Position numbers and translations under genes: made by a program. From Spirochaetia bacterium (GTDB taxonomy: Bacteria > Spirochaetota > Spirochaetia > UBA9216), in NCBI GenBank assembly GCA_963675665.1, contig OY776510.1, positions 2,336,001-2,400,000 of the forward strand: DNA of 64,000 nt. Reading direction: 5' to 3'. This document shows, piece by piece, positions 10,664 through 19,574 of the stretch. The notes under the pieces are model-generated. The model had not been told where the DNA came from and did no database searches. It worked only from the letters and a program-made list of their open reading frames with translations. Numbering within the stretch: the stretch's first letter is position 1; every line of letters begins with the position of its first letter.

Positions 10664-11761
10664 ATGAAAAAGGTAGTGTTATTGGTCATAATGACGGCAC
10701 TTATCGCAAGCATCGGGGGGTTTGCTTCCGGTGAACAGGAAAGTACGCAAGCGGGAACTCAGAAAGCGGTAGTATCTGAAGGCCCATTGGCCGGCAAAGC
10801 TGTTGATGAGAACGGAAAGCCGTACATACTTGGGTATGTACTGAATGAAACCGGAAGCGGGTGGATGTCCGCAAACATGAATTATGTAAAAAGTCTTTGG
10901 GAGAGAGCCGGAGGAAAATTTTATTCATTTGTTTCCGATTACGATATGTACAAGGAAATATCAATGATGGACGATCTGATGCAGATGGAGCCCGATGCTA
11001 TTCTCCTGCATCCAAGCGATAGCTATGCAATAGCGCCTGCTGTGAAAAAAGCAAAAGCTGCCGGGTATCCGGTTTTTGCCATTGATATTGGAGTTATGGG
11101 TGAAAAGGTTAATTCCTTTGTTTCAACTGATCAGGCCGATATGGGTTATGCTTGCGGCAAGTATGTTCTTGATAATTCTTCTGCAAGTAAGCCAGCTCAG
11201 ATTCTTGAAATAGCTGGCGGACTTGAACAGGTAGCTGCACAGCTAAGACAGAAAGGTTTTTATGAAGCAGTAGAAACTTCTGATTATGCAGAAGTAGTAC
11301 AGACTATTGATACCGGATGGTCCAGTGATGTAGCGTTTGACGGTATTCAGGATGCTTTTGAAAGAAATCCGGATATAAATGTTATTTTTTCTCATTCCGA
11401 TTTTATGATGCAGGGAATACTCGAAGGACTTAGAGTAAAAGGCAAACTTGTTCCCAAGGGAGAGGAAGGACATATAACGGTTGTATCAATTGATGCGGAT
11501 CCTCTTGGTCTTCAGGGAATCCGTGAAGGTCATATCGATATGTGTGCTGAAAATAATCCTCTAACGCCATCAGCTGTTGTTATAAATATTATCCTGGCTG
11601 AACTTTACGGAGTGGATTATAAGGATGAATATGTAATCGAAGTCCCTGTGGTAACAGCAGAGAATGTTGATTCAGATGCCCGCTGGGCTAATTTACCGAG
11701 CGGCAAATATGATGAATGGTCAGTTGCCGATCAGGATCTTTTCCCCACACCAGTCAGGTAG
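10664..11761 (+). CDS. Sugar ABC transporter substrate-binding protein
   Basis: GAGGAG SD before ATG 10664; MKKVVLLV...FASGEQES signal; RbsB-like motifs (NPDINVIFSHSDFM). Confidence 0.9.
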   Translation: MKKVVLLVIMTALIASIGGFASGEQESTQAGTQKAVVSEGPLAGKAVDENGKPYILGYVLNETGSGWMSANMNYVKSLWERAGGKFYSFVSDYDMYKEISMMDDLMQMEPDAILLHPSDSYAIAPAVKKAKAAGYPVFAIDIGVMGEKVNSFVSTDQADMGYACGKYVLDNSSASKPAQILEIAGGLEQVAAQLRQKGFYEAVETSDYAEVVQTIDTGWSSDVAFDGIQDAFERNPDINVIFSHSDFMMQGILEGLRVKGKLVPKGEEGHITVVSIDADPLGLQGIREGHIDMCAENNPLTPSAVVINIILAELYGVDYKDEYVIEVPVVTAENVDSDARWANLPSGKYDEWSVADQDLFPTPVR

Positions 11762-11782
11762 AAGATGATTTAAGATGAAACT

Positions 11783-11822
11783 GCAGTCGGACTTACTTGC
11801 TCTTAAAAGGAAGTTCGGCTGC
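11783..11822 (+). terminator. Stem-loop ending the sugar ABC operon
   Basis: GCAGTCGGACTT...AAGTTCGGCTGC inverted repeat with G-U pairs. Confidence 0.45.
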
Positions 11823-11956
11823 TTATTCATTTTCGGCTGATGAAAACATGTGGGCGGAGAGTAATGATCGGTATTTCATGTCTTTAATAAAAGGGTTGTT
11901 CAGGTATCGGGTTAATTCAGGAATCTATTCCTCCTTGTTTATATATCAGTTATAGG

Positions 11957-12784
11957 CTATAGCTTCTGGCAGCTGCCACAAAAGTATACGCTTCCGCCCA
12001 TGTATGCTGCTTTTTCAATAGGGGTGCCGCAGGTGACGCACTTTGTGCCTGCTGTGTTTTTGCTCATTTTTGTCCGGTAACCGCCCGGTTTTCCAAACAG
12101 GTCTTTTTCCGTGTCGCGGCCTCCCTTCTCAATGATTTCACCCATTGTGGTGCGGATTGATTCATAAAGGTTCTTTACCTCGCCTTGCGACAGACTGTCC
12201 CATCTGCGTTTCGGATGAATGCGGGCATTATACAATATGTCCTGAAGCACGCCGTTTCCGAGACCCGGAATGCGCTGTTCGGTTGCAATAACGAATTTCA
12301 CGCTTTTATTTTTTAATTCGCTTCCGCCGGTTAAAGACAAGAAATACTCCGGGCTAAAATCCGGGCCCAGCAGATCGGGTTTGCTGACGGCCCCCCGGTA
12401 GTAATCATTATCATAATCATCCGTGTCCGCGCAAATTATTCCGCCGTACATCTGTATTGAGGCGCTGAGGTATGACTTATCTGTAAACCTGACCAGCAGC
12501 TGGTGTTTTTTCGGAATATTGGAATCATCCGGGTGACTCGCAAGTTTTACGCCGTCGCTGAAAACAAGCATTTTGTCCCGGACCTGAACCTGAATCATCC
12601 CTCCGCGGCGCAGCGCTCCTTCAATTCTTTTCCCCGCAAGCTGCTGATGGTATTTCTCGGGTTTCCCGTTGTACCAGGCGAATTTATTCGGCGAGAAAGC
12701 TGCCGTAACGTTTTCAATTTTTTTACCTGTCAATACACGATTGATCTGTTCGGCAATAACTGCCGCTTCCGGAAGTTCCAGCAT
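11957..12784 (-). CDS. Fpg/Nei (endonuclease VIII-like) DNA glycosylase family protein lacking catalytic Pro2
   Basis: MLELPE N-terminus, H2TH motif IPGLGNGVLQDILYNARIHP, C-terminal zinc finger CVTC...CGSCQ. Confidence 0.85.
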   Translation of the reverse strand: MLELPEAAVIAEQINRVLTGKKIENVTAAFSPNKFAWYNGKPEKYHQQLAGKRIEGALRRGGMIQVQVRDKMLVFSDGVKLASHPDDSNIPKKHQLLVRFTDKSYLSASIQMYGGIICADTDDYDNDYYRGAVSKPDLLGPDFSPEYFLSLTGGSELKNKSVKFVIATEQRIPGLGNGVLQDILYNARIHPKRRWDSLSQGEVKNLYESIRTTMGEIIEKGGRDTEKDLFGKPGGYRTKMSKNTAGTKCVTCGTPIEKAAYMGGSVYFCGSCQKL

Positions 12785-12936
12785 ATAAATACCCCCGTTT
12801 TCATTGTTGATTATACTATGAAAAGATTCCGGGCGATATATAAATTATGCTTTGCTGACCAGCAGCAGATATCCTGAAATCAGTGCAAATCGCTGCCCTG
12901 CGCATACCCGGTATTCATCCGTAGCTGTATGCACAG

Positions 12937-12975
12937 ATAAAAAATCCCCGCCCGATGAATGTTTATCGGGCGGGG
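12937..12975 (-). terminator. Rho-independent terminator of the candidate sRNA
   Basis: CCCCGCCCGAT-aaacattc-ATCGGGCGGGG-ATTTTTT on the minus strand. Confidence 0.85.
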
Positions 12976-13029
12976 TAAAAGGAGGTTATGAAAATTCAGC
13001 ATTACAGCACTTGTCCCTGTTGTAATGCC
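12937..13029 (-). ncRNA. Candidate trans-acting sRNA (5' hairpin, anti-SD seed, intrinsic terminator)
   Basis: Extended -10 TGgTATCCT at 13044-13036; 5' stem GCATTACA/TGTAATGC (13028-12999); linker UUUUCAUAACCUCCUUUU (12994-12977); perfect 11-bp stem 12975-12946 followed by U6. Confidence 0.65.
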
Positions 13030-13035
13030 GGTAAC

Positions 13036-13100
13036 AGGATACCAAAAAACTGAGGGGCGTTGGTTAAGGGCATGTAAACTGAATGTAAACAATGTAAAAA
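13036..13100 (-). promoter_or_regulatory. Putative OmpR/CpxR-type activator site plus -10 element (copy A)
   Basis: ttggttaagggcatgtaaactgaatgtaaacaatgtaaaaa (13060-13100) has four GT(A/T)AA repeats and matches 25651-25691 at 33/41. Confidence 0.7.
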
Positions 13101-13149
13101 AGAAATGCTGTTTTATCGATTCCCCGTGGTTAATACTGTCTTAAAATTC

Positions 13150-13175
13150 AAAAAGACCGCCCTGCCGGGCGGCCT
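13150..13175 (-). terminator. Rho-independent terminator of asd
   Basis: AGGCCGCCC-ggca-GGGCGGTCT-TTTT on the minus strand, about 40 nt after the asd stop. Confidence 0.75.
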
Positions 13176-13212
13176 GAAAAAATCGATATGTTTACTTGAA
13201 ATGAACGCTGCA

Positions 13213-14328
13213 TTACCCCAGATGCTCAAGCACAATCTTTATCATTCGTCTGACCGGTTCGGCGGCTCCCCAAAGCAGCTGATCTCCGACCGAAAAGGCT
13301 GTCAGGTATTCGTTACCCAGATTCATCTTGCGCACGCGGCCGACCGGAACGGTAAGGGTTCCGGTAACTGCAGCCGGAGTCAGCTCTGCCAAAGTGGCGG
13401 ATTTTTCGTTCGGAACGAATTTTACCCAGTCGTTATGAGAAGAGATGATATTCTGTATCTCATCAAGCGGAATATCTTTTTTCAGTTTAATTGTAAAAGC
13501 CTGGCTGTGACACCTCATTGAGCCTATTCTTACGCATTGCCCGTCTATCGGAATCGGCGAGTCTTCCCGGCCGAGTATCTTGTTTGTTTCCGAAATACCT
13601 TTCCATTCTTCTTTTGTCTGTCCGTTTTCCATTGGGGCGTCAATCCAGGGGATAAGGCTTGCGGCAAGCGGCGCTCCGAAGTTCTGGATCGGAAAAGTTT
13701 CATTGCGTAAGGTAGAAGTGATTGTCCGGTCAAGATCAAGTATAGCCGACGACAGGTTGTCCAGATCCGGCGAAGCGTTTCCTGTTATCTGCATTTGTTT
13801 AACCAGCTCGCGCATATTTTTTGCGCCGGCGCCCGATGCCGCCTGGTATGTCATTGACGTTAGCCATTCTACAAGATCTTTTTCAAAAAGTCCGCCGAGC
13901 GCCATAAGCATAAGCGATACTGTGCAGTTCCCGCCGATATAGTCTTTTATACCCGAAACAAGTCCGTTATCGATTACAGATTTGTTTACAGGATCAAGCA
14001 CTATTATACTGTCCTTGTTCATTCTGAGTGTTGAGGCAGCATCAATCCAGTAGCCTTCCCAACCGGCGGCTCTGAGTTCAGGATGCACCTTTGTAGTGTA
14101 AGAACCGCCCTGACATGTCACAATTACATCCATTGTCGACAGACTTTTAATGTCGTAAGCGTCTGCCAGAGGGGGCGTTGCAACGCCGATATCCGGCCCT
14201 TTCTGTCCGGCTTGTGAAGTCGAGAAGAAAAGCGGTTCAAAGCCGTTAAAGTCCTTTTCAGAAAGCATTCTTTCCATCAGAACCGAGCCGACCATGCCTC
14301 TCCATCCGATGAACCCTACTTTAACCAT
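13213..14328 (-). CDS. asd: Aspartate-semialdehyde dehydrogenase (E. coli-like type)
   Basis: [22 protein letters not shown], catalytic [30 protein letters not shown]. Confidence 0.97.
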   Translation of the reverse strand: MVKVGFIGWRGMVGSVLMERMLSEKDFNGFEPLFFSTSQAGQKGPDIGVATPPLADAYDIKSLSTMDVIVTCQGGSYTTKVHPELRAAGWEGYWIDAASTLRMNKDSIIVLDPVNKSVIDNGLVSGIKDYIGGNCTVSLMLMALGGLFEKDLVEWLTSMTYQAASGAGAKNMRELVKQMQITGNASPDLDNLSSAILDLDRTITSTLRNETFPIQNFGAPLAASLIPWIDAPMENGQTKEEWKGISETNKILGREDSPIPIDGQCVRIGSMRCHSQAFTIKLKKDIPLDEIQNIISSHNDWVKFVPNEKSATLAELTPAAVTGTLTVPVGRVRKMNLGNEYLTAFSVGDQLLWGAAEPVRRMIKIVLEHLG

Positions 14329-14475
14329 GTTTAGGTCTCCTTATAATATTAGAGGTCCCGAAAATTCTGTTTCGGAGGCACTCCTTAAGTTTTTTGCTTT
14401 TAAATTAGTATAGATAAACTATGTGATATTAAAATATAGTATATTTATCAGGTTTTAGTCTATATTTCTGAATCA

Positions 14476-15792
14476 CTATATTTTATCCTGTCTGAAGAAA
14501 TATAACGCTATCAGCAGTGTCATACTTTCTGCAAACAGGAATGTAAGCCAGATGCCTCTGTTTCCCAGCAAAAGAGGCAACACGGCAAGACCGATCAGCA
14601 GCATAACAAGGCTGCGCGACAGCGCTATAACAGCAGACTGGGCAGGTCGGTCGATTGCAGTGAAAAACATGGCGGCAGTGATATTAACTCCCAGCAGAAG
14701 CAATGAAAAACTGTAATAGAAGGTAATCTCTGATGCAAGTGCAATGACCTGCAAATCCGATACAAATACAGCTGCAGCCTGGTTGCGGAAAAGTTGCAGC
14801 AGAATAAAGGCGATCAGTCCGAATCCGAGATTTGTCAGTATTGCGAGATTTCGAAAGCCTTTTACGCGTTTTATCATGCCTGCGCCCTTATTGAAGCTGA
14901 CGCCTGCATGAATTGCCTGTGCTGTGCCGTAAAAGATAATACCGAAAATTTCACCGACGTATGCTGCTATACTATAGGCGGCAACTCCGTGCGCTCCGAT
15001 ACGGTGCATCAACACCAGATTGAAGATATATACCGATATCCCGATCGATGTTTCGTCTACAAACTCGGATACTCCGTTATAACACATTCGTAAGAATTCC
15101 TTCAATCTGAAGACCGGTTTAACAAATTTCCATTTTGTACGGAATACAAGATAAAACTGCATTGCCGAGAATGGGATAACCTGTGAAAACCCTGTAGCAA
15201 GCGCCGCCCCTTCAATACCCAGTCCGAGACGACCTACCAGCAGGTAATCACAGATAACGTTTGTTAATGATCCTGCAAGCATCATCGCAACGGGAAAAAC
15301 CGGCGAGCCGTCTCCCCTGATAAAAAGATCCTGGGTGAAGGTAAACATAAAAAGAGGCGAGAACATCAGAATTATCCGCAGGTAATTCTGAACAAGCAGC
15401 TCTACACTGTCGTCGGCTCCCAGCAGGGCGGGAATAAAACGAAGCATACCAAGTCCGAGCAACAGCACAACTATACTGAAAGCGGCAAGTGAGAGCATTG
15501 TTACTGTATAGTAGTTATCGGCGTTCCGGTTTTTCCCTGCGCCCCTGGAAATGTTTGCGAGTGTCGAGCCGCCTATGCCTATCATCAGGCTTATTCCGGA
15601 AAAGACCATTACAAGCGGCCATGCCAAGTTGATGGCGGCCAGGCCGTCCGGGCCTACAAAACGACCGATAAAGATGCCGTCAATGACCTGCGCTGTAGAC
15701 ATCGCCAGCATACCCAGAACAGAAGGCACAGCGTAACGAATAAAGATTTTTAATATCGGATCTTTTCCAAGAGCCAGTTTGGACTTTTTCAT
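14476..15792 (-). CDS. MATE family efflux transporter
   Basis: About 12 TM; IDGIFIGRFVGPDGLAAINL, RGDGSP, GIEGAALATG; start could be GTG at 15801. Confidence 0.92.
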   Translation of the reverse strand: MKKSKLALGKDPILKIFIRYAVPSVLGMLAMSTAQVIDGIFIGRFVGPDGLAAINLAWPLVMVFSGISLMIGIGGSTLANISRGAGKNRNADNYYTVTMLSLAAFSIVVLLLGLGMLRFIPALLGADDSVELLVQNYLRIILMFSPLFMFTFTQDLFIRGDGSPVFPVAMMLAGSLTNVICDYLLVGRLGLGIEGAALATGFSQVIPFSAMQFYLVFRTKWKFVKPVFRLKEFLRMCYNGVSEFVDETSIGISVYIFNLVLMHRIGAHGVAAYSIAAYVGEIFGIIFYGTAQAIHAGVSFNKGAGMIKRVKGFRNLAILTNLGFGLIAFILLQLFRNQAAAVFVSDLQVIALASEITFYYSFSLLLLGVNITAAMFFTAIDRPAQSAVIALSRSLVMLLIGLAVLPLLLGNRGIWLTFLFAESMTLLIALYFFRQDKI

Positions 15793-15860
15793 TTTAATCA
15801 CCCGGCGGCAAATTTGCCGCCGCTATGGATTATGATTATACAACTATAAATGCCGGAAGA

Positions 15861-16412
15861 TCAGTCTTTAATTTTTTCCCTTATATCTTCAAGCGACATT
15901 CCTCTTTTTTCAGCTTCCTCAAGGATTATCCTGACTGCTTCAGCTGCAGCTTTTCCTACTATGCCGGTGCATTTTTCAGTATGTGCTCCGTCAGCATTGA
16001 ACTGATCCATTTCAACCTGGCTCCACATATTATAATTTCGGCCGAAAAGTTTTTTATGAATGTCTTTGCATGTAATGGTCCCGTATTCCCTGATGAAAGA
16101 CTGTCGAAGCTTCAGCGTCATGTCGTAGGCGGTAGTTTTATCTTCAACGTCTCCGTCCATCGCCGAACGGCGTCTTCCGAATATGGATGCCATTGCAAGA
16201 CTTCCTCCAGCGTATCCGCCGCATATTCCGTCGCACATCCTTCCGCCGCCTCCTGCAAAACCGGTACAGGCTTTTATAAGGTTGGGGTTATCTATTCCAA
16301 GTGTGTCATAAATACCTATCATTGTACACTGCGCACAGCCGCCGTATTCTTTTTCGGCTTCAAAGCCCGATTCATATGCTTTTTGCATCAATTCTTTTTT
16401 GTTTTCGATCAT
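15861..16412 (-). CDS. C-GCAxxG-C-C family putative redox protein
   Basis: GGCAQC, GFAGGGG...ICGGYAGG, TCKDI, KCTGIV cysteine pattern. Confidence 0.85.
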   Translation of the reverse strand: MIENKKELMQKAYESGFEAEKEYGGCAQCTMIGIYDTLGIDNPNLIKACTGFAGGGGRMCDGICGGYAGGSLAMASIFGRRRSAMDGDVEDKTTAYDMTLKLRQSFIREYGTITCKDIHKKLFGRNYNMWSQVEMDQFNADGAHTEKCTGIVGKAAAEAVRIILEEAEKRGMSLEDIREKIKD

Positions 16413-16525
16413 ATGTTTACCTCTGATACCATATTACAGAAAAAAACTGCTTTTGACATTATTTGAAATTTTTTTTTGATCATAACCAATTTATGTTTAT
16501 AATTAATATATAAGGGGGATAGCTT

Positions 16526-16849
16526 ATGAAAATCAGATTATTAGCAGAATCTCCACTGGTTTTTGAAGACCACAACGTTCAGGGACGGGAGATGTATGAA
16601 AAAAGCGGTACAACCGTTGTTCATCTTCTGCTCGAAAAAGGCGGAATCCTTCCGTCCGTTGCACAACATCATGATGTATTCTTTTATGTTCTTGAAGGGA
16701 AAGGCCGGATATCGGTGGGTGATGAGTTATTTGATGTCGAATCCGACACACTTGTAAAATGTCCGATTGATATTCCACATGGCGCGGAGAATACCGGAAA
16801 GGACGTTTTAAAACTGTTGATGGTCAAATCTCCTACAAGTACTCCATAA
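16526..16849 (+). CDS. Cupin domain protein
   Basis: FFYVLEGKG...PIDIPHGAEN cupin motifs; AAGGGGG SD. Confidence 0.85.
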   Translation: MKIRLLAESPLVFEDHNVQGREMYEKSGTTVVHLLLEKGGILPSVAQHHDVFFYVLEGKGRISVGDELFDVESDTLVKCPIDIPHGAENTGKDVLKLLMVKSPTSTP

Positions 16850-16862
16850 ATGGAGTACTCCA

Positions 16863-16887
16863 TAAAAGACCCGGCTAGGGTCTTTTA
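16863..16887. terminator. Bidirectional terminator between convergent genes
   Basis: TAAAAGACCC-ggcta-GGGTCTTTTA. Confidence 0.6.
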
Positions 16888-17729
16888 AACTCGCAGGGAA
16901 CTCCGGTCTGGCATAAACCGCATCCGTAAATACCCTGCCATTCGTAGAGTATGCCGTACTGCGCGCTGATGCGTATCATATCGTGCTCATTACACGGAGC
17001 TTTGTCCCTTTCCCGGTTGTTTTCTCCTATTGAGCCGACCGGGCAGCGGGTTATACATGCCCCGCACGTTCCTTTGGCAGTTTTAAGGCACCATGCAAAA
17101 GGATCATCGCCGTATTCCCTTATGTCGGGTTCAAGCGCAAGAGTGGTTACTACGCTTCCAAGACGGTGTGCGATTCCGCGCTTTGTAATCAGTCCGCCCG
17201 AGATTCCGAAGGTTCCGTGTCCGGCCGCCCAGGCATAATGCCGTTCCGACCAGGGTGATGCAATTCCGACCGGTGTGTTTTCAATAAATCCGAAGTCGTC
17301 CATAATTGCCGGCGCACACGACTGGTAGCCCGCTGCAGTCAGCCATTCGGACAGCCCGGAACGCATCCTTTCGTTCATGTTCTCTCCGAATGTGCGGGTC
17401 CAGGCCCAGTTTCTGGACGGGTAGTATTTTTCTTTTCGGTTTGATTTTCTTGCAGGTTCGGATATCGGTAAACACCAGCTTATAACTGAAGCGGCGTCTG
17501 CCGCTTTCACACTTCCATAAGCTTTTTGGAGGGCTTCATCAGGGCTCCAGTGAAAGTCGCCTATTATATTTTTGAACTCATCTATAACGTGATCTTTTAC
17601 GGAAGCTATACGCACATCCGGTTCGCTGAAAACAGGCCCTCCGCCCAGCTCTTCAGGTAATATCTCAAGCTCTTTGTTATATAACTCAAGCACTTTTTGA
17701 GTTATTGTTTTGCGGTTGATATCAGGCAT
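16875..17729 (-). CDS. QueG/reductive-dehalogenase-like 4Fe-4S protein
   Basis: WSERHYAWAAGHGTFG, RLGSVVT, C-x6-CGACITRCP, CGLCQTGVPC. Confidence 0.8.
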   Translation of the reverse strand: MPDINRKTITQKVLELYNKELEILPEELGGGPVFSEPDVRIASVKDHVIDEFKNIIGDFHWSPDEALQKAYGSVKAADAASVISWCLPISEPARKSNRKEKYYPSRNWAWTRTFGENMNERMRSGLSEWLTAAGYQSCAPAIMDDFGFIENTPVGIASPWSERHYAWAAGHGTFGISGGLITKRGIAHRLGSVVTTLALEPDIREYGDDPFAWCLKTAKGTCGACITRCPVGSIGENNRERDKAPCNEHDMIRISAQYGILYEWQGIYGCGLCQTGVPCEFKRP

Positions 17730-17782
17730 AATTGAAGTTATTTTATATTGGATCGATTTGTCAATATCAGTTATTCTAAGTA

Positions 17783-18685
17783 ATGAGCATTTTTCTGCTT
17801 TGGTTCAGCATATTTTCTTTTACTGTCTTTACGCTTTCAATAATGCCGGTTGTTTTAGGATGGAAACAGCGCGGCAGAAATAAAGCCGACAGTTTTTACC
17901 TGCTGTTGATGATTAGTTATTGTATATGGCTTATCATATTCTCAATATTATATTTCAGCGATGCTTTTGTCCGGCCGTTGAGTGCTTCTGTCAGAACTGT
18001 TTTTAGTATTTTCAGGATGACTATTACAATTGCAGTCGTTCTTCTTTATTCCATATTGGCAGGAGAACTTGCCGGACGTGGTTCTTCAGGCAGATATAAA
18101 TATCTTGTTTTTATTGCGCCTGCCGTTTATTCTGTTTTACTTTTCCCTGTCCTCTTGAAGTCCTCTGTTTTCTTTGCCGGGCTTGTAACATTTTTATTTT
18201 ATTTTTATATGGGCGGAATTTCAGCCTGTATATTTTATATATTTAAAAAGCATAAGAAAACTCAAAGAAATTTTGTCTGGTTTATAAGGTTGATGCTGAT
18301 ATATAATCTGGCCGGCCTTCTTCTGGTTATTCTTCCTCTACAAAACATCAGTTTGAATTGCGCAATGGTTTTAAGTGTTCTTCCGCGGGCTGCGTTTTGT
18401 CTTGCCTGGGGGATTCTTGAACTGGTTTATTTTATTCTGCGAGAATTCAAAAAAGAGCGTGAAGGAGCAGTTCTGATCCATTCAGTTTTTGCCGACGACT
18501 TTAAAATTACAGCCCGGGAGCAGGATGTTATTTCCTGTATTTTGACCGGTCTCAGCAACAGGCAGACTGCAGCGAAACTTTTTATCTCCGAAAAAACAGT
18601 GGAAACTCATATTTACAGCGTTTACCGAAAGTGCAATGTTAAAAATAAAATTGAGCTGTTAAATCTTATCTCAAATCACTGCTAA
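17783..18685 (+). CDS. Membrane-anchored (about 7 TM) LuxR-family transcriptional regulator
   Basis: Hydrophobic N-terminal region; C-terminal ITAREQDVI...GLSNRQTAAKLFISEKTVETHIYSVYRK HTH. Confidence 0.88.
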   Translation: MSIFLLWFSIFSFTVFTLSIMPVVLGWKQRGRNKADSFYLLLMISYCIWLIIFSILYFSDAFVRPLSASVRTVFSIFRMTITIAVVLLYSILAGELAGRGSSGRYKYLVFIAPAVYSVLLFPVLLKSSVFFAGLVTFLFYFYMGGISACIFYIFKKHKKTQRNFVWFIRLMLIYNLAGLLLVILPLQNISLNCAMVLSVLPRAAFCLAWGILELVYFILREFKKEREGAVLIHSVFADDFKITAREQDVISCILTGLSNRQTAAKLFISEKTVETHIYSVYRKCNVKNKIELLNLISNHC

Positions 18686-18794
18686 GGGTTTTCCCTTATA
18701 TACATTTTTTTGAAATTTTCAGTGATCCTCCTGATACCGGTTGAATTATGAACCGGTTAAAATCTGTAAGAAAAATAATATCGGGAGAATAAAA

Positions 18795-19574
18795 ATGAAA
18801 GATTTTTTATGGAAGGTTTATTTCATTATTATTGTGATGAGCCTGACAGGTGCAGCCGGGATTGTTCCCTATTCACTCTCTCTGGCTGGGGCCGGAACCG
18901 GAGGAGTACCGCTCTCACTGTTGATGCTGGCGACTTTTCTTCAGTCGTTTCTGATTTCCGCCGTGCTTGGTTTTTTCGGATTACGTCTCAGTCTGAATAC
19001 CGGTCTTGGGCTTCCGGTGGTTGAGAATCTTCTCTATCGGGGCAGGGGCCGGGTTATCAACATCAGAAGACATATTATTATGCCCGTCGTCTCCGGAATT
19101 CTATGCGGCCTTGTAATGATTATCTTTGATTTTGTATTGATGGAACTGTTTCAGCTTAAAGCGGCTTCGGACATTGCGGCTCCGGCCTGGTGGAAAGGAA
19201 TACTTGCAGCATTGTACGGAGGAATGTCGGAAGAAATAATGCTTCGTCTTTTTGCAATGAACCTCATTATCTTCATTCTCAATAAAATCGATAGAAACAA
19301 AAAGTCCCCGAAAGGAAAGGTGGTAACGGGAATGATAATTGCATCGGTTATTTTCGGAGCAGCACATCTTGCTGCGGTCTTTGCTTCCGGTCTTGCGTCT
19401 CCGGGATTTATTATCAGGACTCTGATTCTTAATTTTGTGCCCGGAATGGTTTTCGGCTGGCTGTACTGGAAACGCAGTTTTCTTTCCGCTGTTGTTGCTC
19501 ATTTTGCAGCCGATATTGTTGTTCATGTTGCAGCCCGCTTTATAATTGACGGCCTGATGCAGGCAGCTTACTAA
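18795..19574 (+). CDS. CPBP (Abi/CAAX protease-like) intramembrane metalloprotease
   Basis: EEIMLRLF, FGAAH, GWLYWKR...AVVAHF motifs; GGGAG SD before ATG 18795. Confidence 0.88.
   Translation: MKDFLWKVYFIIIVMSLTGAAGIVPYSLSLAGAGTGGVPLSLLMLATFLQSFLISAVLGFFGLRLSLNTGLGLPVVENLLYRGRGRVINIRRHIIMPVVSGILCGLVMIIFDFVLMELFQLKAASDIAAPAWWKGILAALYGGMSEEIMLRLFAMNLIIFILNKIDRNKKSPKGKVVTGMIIASVIFGAAHLAAVFASGLASPGFIIRTLILNFVPGMVFGWLYWKRSFLSAVVAHFAADIVVHVAARFIIDGLMQAAY

Noticed and set aside
12988-13053. Plus-strand 21-codon ORF MKIQHYSTCPCCNAGNRIPKN behind AAGGAGG
   Set aside because: Only 2 nt separate GGAGG from the ATG, and the promoter and terminator point to the minus strand; better explained as the complement of the sRNA seed, though not fully excluded.
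12880-13092. 70-aa minus-strand ORF in the ORF track
   Set aside because: Starts inside the promoter repeats, crosses a strong terminator and has no recognisable protein features.
13213-14328. E. coli-like Asd as evidence of horizontal transfer
   Set aside because: Cannot be judged without a phylogeny; no mobility signals nearby.
14329-14475. Possible lysine riboswitch or T-box upstream of asd
   Set aside because: Leader is short and AT-rich and lacks the consensus elements.
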